Of a stretch of DNA of 64,000 bases, positions 1 through 10,100 are shown one piece after another. Where the stretch lies: contig OZ249436.1 of NCBI GenBank assembly GCA_965235115.1, positions 25,174,001 to 25,238,000 of the forward strand, read 5' to 3'. This DNA is from Laetmonice hystrix. Lineage: Eukaryota. The position numbers and the translations under genes are program-made. The notes under the pieces are model-generated. The model saw only the letters and a program-made list of their open reading frames with translations, had not been told where the DNA came from and searched no databases. Every line of letters starts with the position of its first letter. The first letter of the stretch is position 1.

Positions 1-20
1 ATCCGCCACAAGGCAAATTC

Positions 21-925
21 AGTCAATGCAAGCTGGAAAATCGAATTTCAAACCTAATGCTCCCCCCCCAGCACGTTAACTGAAAATAATCAACTAGCTT
101 GAAAACTAGAATATAGCTTTGTTTAGCTAACAATCTACTCTCCCAGCGCCATCAACTCGCATACAGGCGTAAAAGCAAACGCACTGCCCCATATAATGCT
201 CCCAGCCTAAAACGATGTTGCAATTAATTTAAAATTAACAAGATGCACTAGTAATCCGATCCAAGCTTAATTACGTCATTGCTAGTTTCATAACCAAATC
301 TCACAGAAAATACCCCACCCGGGCACATAACCTGAAAATATTCAACTTTTATCTCCAATGTATCCCTGTGCACCTAGTAGCACCCAAGCGGGCCCAATTT
401 TGACATCCCAACACAAATACCGCAAATACCCGCCTAATGGCACAAAAAACTTTCTACCCCGTTGCAAGTCACATTAGCGTGCTGCTTGTCGTAAAAAATG
501 GTGCAGACCATTTCTAAAGTCACAGTACCCCACTCCCGGCCTAATATTACGTTTCAGTATCCATATACGCTGCAAGCGGCCGGAACTCGAATACAGGCCT
601 AAAAGTAACCTCAGTCTAGCAATATCATACTCCCATGCCATATACGAGCTTGTAATTATCTTTAATTAATGGGCTCCGCAGCACCAACCCACTGCATTAA
701 CATTTGTTTAACAGCTTAACTCACCTTGTAAAATTTTTTCAAGTGCGTAAAAATGCGTGTCCACCTCCACATACTTTAAAAATCACTATACCCACCCAGC
801 GACATCCACTCTAATACACGCCTAAAAGGAACTTCACTGTCCCATTTGATTCTCCAGCACGTATAGGATGTTTCAAGTAACATTCATCCACGGTCTGGCC
901 CAATAACGTGCAACAAGGCATAGTA
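21..925. repeat. Subunit A of the dimeric unit (~905 bp; boundary arbitrary)
   Basis: Collinear with 926-1772. Anchors: AGTCAATGC 21/926; TAGCTTGAAAACTAGAATATAGCTTTG 95/991; GCTCCCAGCCTAAAACGA ~198/~1064; TTAACAAGATGCACTA ~235/~1101; CAAGTCACA ~465/~1344; CCTTGTAAAATTTTT ~724/~1629. Confidence 0.93.
62..69 (+). repeat. Length-variable poly(C) tract, present once per unit (7-14 C)
   Basis: C8 in U1, C9 in U2, C11 in U3, C7 in U11, C14 in U20 (33304-33317); interrupted in U24 (CCCCCCACAAG at ~40203). Confidence 0.9.
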
Positions 926-930
926 AGTCA

Positions 931-944
931 ATGCGAGCTCGCAT
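931..944. repeat. 14-bp perfect palindrome ATGCGAGCTCGCAT (SacI core), once per unit in most units
   Basis: Reads identically on both strands; changed to ATGCGACCTCGCAT in a subset of units. Confidence 0.9.
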
Positions 945-1130
945 GTCAAACCTAACCCGCCCCCAAGCACATGAGCTGAAAATATTCAAATAGCTTGAAA
1001 ACTAGAATATAGCTTTGCTTAATACCATTATACCATCAACTCGCATTACAGGCCTAATGCGAAGCTCCCAGCCTAAAACGAGTTTCCAATTAATTTAAAG
1101 TTAACAAGATGCACTAATAATCGATTCCAA

Positions 1131-1142
1131 GCCTAATTAGGC
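1131..1142. repeat. 12-bp perfect palindrome GCCTAATTAGGC, once per unit in most units
   Basis: Self-complementary. The paralogous site in subunit A (GCCTAATTACGT or GCTTAATTACGT) is not palindromic. Confidence 0.9.
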
Positions 1143-4100
1143 CATTGCTAGTTGGATAACCAAATCTCATACAAAATACACCCTCCCGGCAGATGACCTG
1201 CGAATATTCAACTCTTATGTCCGATATATCCCTGTCCGCTTAGTAGCACCCAGCCGGGCCCCCATTTTGACATTGCAACACCAATACAGCAAGTGCCCAG
1301 CTAACAGCACAAATAACAGGATTCAGGGCTTCCTACCACGTTACAAGTCACAATAGATTGCTGCCTGTCGTAAAAATATACCAGACCATTTTAAAAAGTC
1401 ACAGAACCCCAATCCGGCCCTAATATGTCACTCCCAGTACCAATAGACGCTGGAAGCACCATCAACTGAAATTCAGGCCTAGAACCCACCTCTCTCTACC
1501 AATATCATGCACCTAGTCCGTATACGAGGTTGTAATTTCCTTTAATCAACGGGCTGCGCCGCAGCAACCCACTCTGGTCTTTGCAATCTTTTTCAATATG
1601 CGTTAACATTTGTGACCAGCTCAACGCGCCTTGTAAAATTTTTCAAAGTGCGTAAAAGTGTGTGTCCACCCCGACACGCTTTCCAAACCACTATACCCAC
1701 CGAGCGACATCCACTCAAATACAGGCTTCGACCGATCCTCACTGTGCCAATAATCCGCCACAAGGCAAATTCAGTCAATGCAAGCTGGAAAATCGAATGT
1801 CAAACCTAATGCTCCCCCCCCCAGCACGTTAACTGAAAATAATCAACTAGCTTGAAAACTAGAATATAGCTTTGTTTAGCTAACAATCTACTCTCCCAGC
1901 GCCATCAACTCGCATACAGGCGTAAAAGCAAACGCACTGCCCATATAATGCTCCCAGCATAAAACGATGTTGCAATTAATTTAAAATTAACAAGATGCAC
2001 TAGTAATCCGATCCAAGCCTAATTACGTCATTGCTAGTTTCATAACCAAATCTCACAGAAAATACCCCACCCGCGCACATAACCTGAAAATATTCAACTT
2101 TTATCTCCAATGTATCCCTGTGCACCTAGTAGCACCCAAGCGGGCCCAATTTTGACATTCCAACACAAATACCGCAAATACCCGCCTAATGGCACAAAAA
2201 ACTTTCTACCCCGTTGCAAGTCACATTAGCTTGCTGCTTGTCGTAAAAAATGGTGCAGACCATTTCTAAAGTCACAGTACCCCACTCCCGGCCTAATATT
2301 ACGTTTCAGTATCCATATACGCTGCAAGCGGCAGGAACTCGAATACAGGCCTAAAAGTAACCCCAGTCTAGCAATATCATACTCTCATGCCATATACGAG
2401 CTTGTAATTATCTTTAATTAATGGGCTCCGCAGCACCAACCCACTGCATTAACATTTGTTTAACAGCTTAACGCACCTTGTAAAAAAATTTTCAAGTGCG
2501 TAAAAATGCGTGTCCACCTCCACATACTTTAAAAATCACTATACCCACCCAGCGACATTCACTCTAATACACGCCTAAGAGGAACTTCACTGTCCCATTT
2601 GATTCTCCAGCACGTATAGGATGTTTCAAGTAACATTTATCCACGGTCTGGCCCAATAACGTGCAACAAGGCATAGTAAGTCAATGCGAGCTCGCATGTC
2701 AAACCTAACCCGCCCCCCAGCACATGAGCTGAAAATATTCAAATAGCTTGAAAACTAGAATATAGATTTGCTTAATACCATTATACCATCAACTCGCATT
2801 ACAGGCCTAATGCGAAGCTCCCAGCCTAAAACGAGTTTCCAATTAATTTAAAGTTAACAAGATGCACTAATAATCGATTCCAAGCCTAATTAGGCCATTG
2901 CTAGTTGGATAACCAAATCTCATACAAAATACACCCTCCCGGCAGATGACCTGAGAATATTCAACTCTTATGTCCGATATATCCCTGTCCGCTTAGTAGC
3001 ACCCAGCCTGGCCCCCATTTTGACATTGCAACACCAATACAGCAAGTGCCCAGCTAACAGCACAAATAACAGGATTCAGGGCTTCCTACCACGTTACAAG
3101 TCACAATAGATTGCTGCCTGTCGTAAAAATATACCAGACCATTTTAAAAAGTCACAGAACCCCAATCCGGCCCTAATATGTCACTCCCAGTACCAATACA
3201 CGCTGGAAGCACCATCAACTGAAATTCAGGCCTAGAACCCACCTCTCTCTACCAATATCATGCACCTAGTCCGTATACGAGGTTGTAATTTACTTTAATC
3301 AACGGGCTGCGCCGCAGCAACCCACTCTGGTCTTTGCAATCTTTTTCAATATGCGTTAACATTTGTAACCAGCTCAACGCGCCTTGTAAAATTTTTCAAA
3401 GTGCGTAAAAGTGTGTGTCCACCCCGACACGCTTTCCAAACCACTATACCCACCGAGCGACATCCACTCAAATACAGGCTTCGACCGATCCTCACTGTGC
3501 CAATAATCCGCCACAAGGCAAATTCAGTCAATGCAAGCTGGAAAATCGAATGTCAAACCTAATTCTCCCCCCCCCCCAGCACGTTAACTGAAAATAATCA
3601 ACTAGCTTGAAAACTAGAATATAGCTTTGTTTAGCTAACAATCTACTCTCCCAGCGCCATCAACTCGCATACAGGCGTAAAAGCAAACGCACTGCCCCAT
3701 ATAATGCTCCCAGCCTAAAACGATGTTGCAATTAATTTAAAATTAACAAGATGCACTAGTAATCCGATCCAAGCTTAATTACGTCATTGCTAGTTTCATA
3801 ACCAAATCTCACAGAAAATACCCCACCCGGGCACATAACCTGAAAATATTCAACTTTTATCTCCAATGTATCCCTGTGCACCTAGTAGCACACAAGCGGG
3901 CCCAATTTTGACATTCCAACACAAATACCGCAAATACCCGCCTAATGGCACAAAAAACTTTCTACCCCGTTGCAAGTCACATTAGCTTGCTGCTTGTCGT
4001 AAAAAATGGTGCAGATCATTTCTAAAGTCACAGTACCCCACTCCCGGCCTAATATTACGTTTCAGTATCCATATACGCTGCAAGCGGCAGGAACTCGAAT

Positions 4101-7100
4101 ACAGGCCTAAAAGTAACCCCAGTCTAGCAATATCATACTCTCATGCCATATACGAGCTTGTAATTATCTTTAATTAATGGGCTCCGCAGCACCAACCCAC
4201 TGCATTAACATTTGTTTAACAGCTTAACGCACCTTGTAAAAAATTTTCAAGTGCGTAAAAATGCGTGTCCACCTCCACATACTTTAAAAATCACTATACC
4301 CACCCAGCGACATTCACTCTAATACACGCCTAAGAGGAACTTCACTGTCCCATTTGAATCTCCAGCACGTATAGGATGTTTCAAGTAACATTTATCCACG
4401 GTCTGGCCCAATAACGTGTAACAAGGCATAGTAAGTCAATGCGAGCTCGCATGTCAAACCTAACCCGCCCCCCAGCACATGAGCTGAAAATATTCAAATA
4501 GCTTGAAAACTAGAATATAGCTTTGCTTAATACCATTATACCATGAACTCGCATTACAGGCCTAATGCGAAGCTCCCAGCCTAAAACGAGTTTCCAAATA
4601 ATTTAAAGTTAACAAGATGCACTAATAATCGATTCCAAGCCTAATTAGGCCATTGCTAGTTGGATAACCAAATCTCATACAAAATACACCCTCCCGGCAG
4701 ATGACCTGAGAATATTCAACTCTTATGTCCGATATATCCCTGTCTGCTTAGTAGCACCCAGCCGGGCCCCCATTTTGACATTGCAACACCAATACAGCAA
4801 GTGCCCAGCTAACAGCACAAATAACAGGATTCAGGGCTTCCTACCACGTTACAAGTCACAATAGATTGCTGCCTGTCGTAAAAATATACCAGACCATTTT
4901 AAAAAGTCACAGAACCCCAATCCGGCCCTAATATGTCACTCCCAGTACCAATACACGCTGGAAGCACCATCAACTGAAATTCAGGCCTAGAACCCACCTC
5001 TCTCTACCAATATCATGCACCTAGTCCGTATACGAGGTTGTAATTTACTTTAATCAACGGGCTGCGCCGCAGCAACCCACTCTGGTCTTTGCAATCTTTT
5101 TCAATATGCGTTAACATTTGTAACCAGCTCAACGCGCCTTGTAAAATTTTCAAAGTGCGTAAAAGTGTGTGTCCACCCCGACACGCTTTCCAAACCACTA
5201 TACCCACCGAGCGACATCCACTCAAATACAGGCTTCGACCGATCCTCACTGTGCCAATAATCCGCCACAAGGCAAATTCAGTCAATGCAAGCTGGAAAAT
5301 CGAATGTCAAACCTAATGCTCCCCCCCCAGCACGTTAACTGAAAAAAATCAACTAGCTTGAAAACTAGAATATAGCTTTGTTTAGCTAACAATCTACTCT
5401 CCCAGCGCCATCAACTCGCATACAGGCGTAAAAGCAAACGCACTGCCCCATATAATGCTCCCAGCCTAAGACGATGTTGCAATTAATTTAAGATTAACAA
5501 GATGCACTAGTAATCCGATCCAAGCCTAATTACGTCATTGCTAGTTTCATAACCAAATCTCACAGAAAATACCCCACCCGCGCACATAACCTGAAAATAT
5601 TCAACTTTTATCTCCAATGTATCCCTGTGCACCTAGTAGCACACAAGCGGGCCCAATTTTGACATCCCAACACAAATACCGCAAATACCCGCCTAATGGC
5701 ACAAAAAACTTTCTACCCCGTTGCAAGTCACATTAGCGTGCTGCTTGTCGTAAAAAATGGTGCAGACCATTTCTAAAGTCACAGTACCCCACTCCCGGCC
5801 TAATATTACGTTTCAGTATCCATATACGCTGCAAGCGGCAGGAACTCGAATACAGGCCTAAAAGTAACCTCAGTCTAGCAATATCATACTCCCATGCCAT
5901 ATACGAGCTTGTAATTATCTTTAATTAATGGGCTCCGCAGCACCAACCCACTGCATTAACATTTGTTTAACAGCTTAACGCACCTTGTAAAATTTTTTCA
6001 AGTGCGTAAAAATGCGTGTCCACCTCCACATACTTTAAAAATCACTATACCCACCCAGCGACATCCACTCTAATACACGCCTAAAAGGAACTTCACTGTC
6101 CCATTTGATTCTCCAGCACGTATAGGATGTTTCAAGTAACATTCATCCACGGTCTGGCCCAATAACGTGCAACAAGGCATAGTAAGTCAATGCGAGCTCG
6201 CATGTCAAACCTAACCCGCCCCCAAGCACATGAGCTGAAAATATTCAAATAGCTTGAAAACTAGAATATAGCTTTGCTTAATACCATTATACCATCAACT
6301 CGCATTACAGGCCTAATGCGAAGCTCCCAGCCTAAAACGAGTTTCCAATTAATTTAAAGTTAACAAGATGCACTAATAATCGATTCCAAGCTTAATTAGG
6401 CCATTGCTAGTTGGATAACCAAATCTGATACAAAATACACCCTCCCGGCAGATGACCTGAGAATATTCAACTCTTATGTCCGATATATCCCTGTCCGCTT
6501 AGTAGCACCCAGCCGGGCCCCCATTTTGACATTGCAACACCAATACAGCAAGTGCCCAGCTAACAGCACAAATAACAGGATTCAGGGCTTCCTACCACGT
6601 TACAAGTCACAATAGATTGCTGCCTGTCGTAAAAATATACCAGACCATTTTAAAAAGTCACAGAACCCCAATCCGGCCCTAATATGTCACTCCCAGTACC
6701 AATACACTCTGGAAGCACCATCAACTGAAATTCAGGCCTAGAACCCACCTCTCTCTACCAATATCATGCACCTAGTCCGTATACGAGGTTGTAATTTACT
6801 TTAATCAACGGGCTGCGCCGCAGCAACCCACTCTGGTCTTTGCAATCTTTTTCAATATGCGTTAACATTTGTAACCAGCTCAACGCGCCTTGTAAAATTT
6901 TTCAAAGTGCGTAAAAGTGTGTGTCCACCCCGACACGCTTTCCAAACCACTATACCCACCGAGCGACATCCACTCAAATACAGGCTTCGACCGATCCTCA
7001 CTGTGCCAATAATCCGCCACAAGGCAAATTCAGTCAATGCAAGCTGGAAAATCGAATGTCAAACCTAATACTCCCCCCCCCCAGCACGTTAACTGAAAAT

Positions 7101-10100
7101 AATCAACTAGCTTGAAAACTAGAATATAGCTTTGTTTAGCTAACAATCTACTCTCCCAGCGCCATCAACTCGCATACAGGCGTAAAAGCAAACGCACTGC
7201 CCCATATAATGCTCCCAGTCTAAAACGATGTTGCAATTAATTTAAAATTAACAAGATGCACTAGTAATCCGATCCAAGCTTAATTACGTCATTGCTAGTT
7301 TCATAACCAAATCTCACAGAAAATACCCCACCCGCGCACATAACCTGAAAATATTCAACTTTTATCTCCAATGTATCCCTGTGCACCTAGTAGCACCCAA
7401 GCGGGCCCAATTTTGACATTCCAACACAAATACCGCAAATACCCGCCTAATGGCACAAAAAACTTTCTACCCCGTTGCAAGTCACATTAGCTTGCTGCTT
7501 GTCGTAAAAAATGGTGCAGACCATTTCTAAAGTCACAGTACCCCACTCCCGGCCTAATATTACGTTTCAGTATCCATATACGCTGCAAGCGGCAAGAACT
7601 CGAATACAGGCCTAAAAGTAACCCCAGTCTAGCAATATCATACTCTCATGCCATATACGAGCTTGTAATTATCTTTAATTAATGGGCTCCGCAGCACCAA
7701 CCCACTGCATTAACATTTGTTTAACAGCTTAACGCACCTTGTAAAAAATTTTCAAGTGCGTAAAAATGCGTGTCCACCTCCACATACTTTAAAAATCACT
7801 ATACCCACCCAGCGACATTCACTCTAATACACGCCTAAGAGGAACTTCACTGTCCCATTTGATTCTCCAGCACGTATAGGATGTTTCAAGTAACATTCAT
7901 CCACGGTCTGGCCCAATAACGTGCAACAAGGCATAGTAAGTCAATGCGAGCTCGCATGTCAAACCTAACCCGCCCCCCAGCACATGAGCTGAAAATATTC
8001 AAATAGCTTGAAAACTAGAATATAGCTTTGCTTAATACCATTATACCATCAACTCGCATTACAGGCCTAATGCGAAGCTCCCAGCCTAAAACGAGTTTCC
8101 AATTAATTTAAAGTTAACAAGATGCACTAATAATCGATTCCAAGCCTAATTAGGCCATTGCTAGTTGGATAACCAAATCTCATACAAAATACACCCTCCC
8201 GGCAGATGACCTGAGAATATTCAACTCTTATGTCCGATATATCCCTGTCCGCTTAGTAGCACCCAGCCGGGCCCCCATTTTGACATTGCAACACCAATAC
8301 AGCAAGTGCCCAGCTAACAGCACAAATAACAGGATTCAGGGCTTCCTACCACGTTACAAGTCACAATAGATTGCTGCCTGTCGTAAAAATATACCAGACC
8401 ATTTTAAAAAGTCACAGAACCCCAATCCGGCCCTAATATGTCACTCCCAGTACCAATACACTCTGGAAGCACCATCAACTGAAATTCAGGCCTAGAACCC
8501 ACCTCTCTCTACCAATATCATGCACCTAGTCCGTATACGAGGTTGTAATTTACTTTAATCAACGGGCTGCGCCGCAGCAACCCACTCTGGTCTTTGCAAT
8601 CTTTTTCAATATGCGTTAACATTTGTAACCAGCTCAACGCGCCTTGTAAAATTTTTCAAAGTGCGTAAAAGTGTGTGTCCACCCCGACACGCTTTCCAAA
8701 CCACTATACCTACCGAGCGACATCCACTCAAATACAGGCTTCGACCGATCCTCACTGTGCCAATAATCCGCCACAAGGCAAATTCAGTCAATGCAAGCTG
8801 GAAAATCGAATGTCAAACCTAATACTCCCCCCCCCCCAGCACGTTAACTGAAAATAATCAACTAGCTTGAAAACTAGAATATAGCTTTGTTTAGCTAACA
8901 ATCTACTCTCCCAGCGCCATCAACTCGCATACAGGCGTAAAAGCAAACGCACTGCCCCATATAATGCTCCCAGTCTAAAACGATGTTGCAATTAATTTAA
9001 AATTAACAAGATGCACTAGTAATCCGATCCAAGCTTAATTACGTCATTGCTAGTTTCATAACCAAATCTCACAGAAAATACCCCACCCGGGCACATAACC
9101 TGAAAATATTCAACTTTTATCTCCAATGTATCCCTGTGCACCTAGTAGCACCCAAGCGGGCCCAATTTTGACATCCCAACACAAATACCGCAAATACCCG
9201 CCTAATGGCACAAAAAACTTTCTACCCCGTTGCAAGTCACATTAGCGTGCTGCTTGTCGTAAAAAATGGTGCAGACCATTTCTAAAGTCACAGTACCCCA
9301 CTCCCGGCCTAATATTACGTTTCAGTATCCATATACGCTGCAAGCGGCAGGAACTCGAATACAGGCCTAAAAGTAACCTCAGTCTAGCAATATCATACTC
9401 CCATGCCATATACGAGCTTGTAATTATCTTTAATTAATGGGCTCCGCAGCACCAACCCACTGCATTAACATTTGTTTAACAGCTTAACGCACCTTGTAAA
9501 ATTTTTTCAAGCGCGTAAAAATGCGTGTCCACCTCCACATACTTTAAAAATCACTATACCCACCCAGCGACATCCACTCTAATACACGCCTAAAAGGAAC
9601 TTCACTGTCCCATTTGATTCTCCAGCACGTATAGGATGTTTCAAGTAACATTCATCCACGGTCTGGCCCAATAACGTGCAACAAGGCATAGTAAGTCAAT
9701 GCGAGCTCGCATGTCAAACCTAACCCGCCCCCAAGCACATGAGCTGAAAATATTCAAATAGCTTGAAAACTAGAATATAGCTTTGCTTAATACCATTATA
9801 CCATCAACTCGCATTACAGGCCTAATGCGAAGCTCCCAGCCTAAAACGAGTTTCCAATTAATTTAAAGTTAACAAGATGCACTAATAATCGATTCCAAGC
9901 CTAATTAGGCCATTGCTAGTTGGATAACCAAATCTCATACAAAATACACCCTCCCGGCAGATGACCTGAGAATATTCAACTCTTATGTCCGATATATCCC
10001 TGTCCGCTTAGTAGCACCCAGCCGGGCCCCCATTTTGACATTGCAACACCAATACAGCAAGTGCCCAGCTAACAGCACAAATAACAGGATTCAGGGCTTC

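Larger units (their letters stand above)
1..1752. repeat. Representative repeat unit U1 (1,752 bp)
   Basis: The sequence from 1753 onward reproduces position 1 onward with only isolated substitutions and homopolymer-length differences. Confidence 0.98.
926..1772. repeat. Subunit B of the dimeric unit (~847 bp), a diverged paralogue of subunit A
   Basis: It has the same anchor order as subunit A, with many substitutions and several indels. It lacks most of the A segment 841-898 and carries an extra segment at ~1575-1600. Confidence 0.93.

Noticed and set aside
95..1017. CRISPR-like array suggested by the recurring 27-bp exact repeat
   Set aside because: The intervening sequences are ~830-870 bp, are themselves repeated and homologous, and are not unique spacers; there are no cas genes.
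1190..1215. Satellite-encoded hammerhead ribozyme (CTGA...GAAA-like words)
   Set aside because: I found no CTGANGA core with flanking helices on either strand; the CTGAAAA and CTGAGAA words do not fit.
1726..1742. CENP-B-box-like CTTCGACCGATCCTCAC
   Set aside because: It matches only TTCG....A and lacks the essential CGGG of the NTTCGNNNNANNCGGGN consensus.
1..1752. Tandem RNA-gene cluster (5S rRNA, tRNA, U1/U2/U6 snRNA, spliced-leader RNA), histone repeat or rDNA unit
   Set aside because: The unit size would fit some of these, but I found no hallmark motifs on either strand by eye, and the internal A/B and ~219-bp structure covers the whole unit. An Infernal/Rfam and tRNAscan-SE search would be decisive.
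1593..1778. 61-aa minus-strand ORF (MTEFALWRIIG...) repeated in most units
   Set aside because: It starts at TTG and has no recognisable domain. It is broken by a TGA (the CCCCGTCAC variant) in 10 units and frameshifted in U3, and there is no corresponding listed ORF in the paralogous half. Its recurrence just reflects DNA-level repeat identity.
1612..1809. 63-75-aa plus-strand ORFs (MTSSTRLVKFF..., MSTPTRFPNH...)
   Set aside because: They have non-ATG starts, and their presence depends on one SNP (TGTGACC vs TGTAACC) or on poly(C) length. They overlap each other and the minus-strand ORF, with no evidence of coding constraint.
6388..6393. A-type AAGCTT variant appearing in the B half of U4 (possible A-to-B conversion)
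   Set aside because: It is a single C-to-T change with flanks still B-type, so it cannot be distinguished from an independent mutation.
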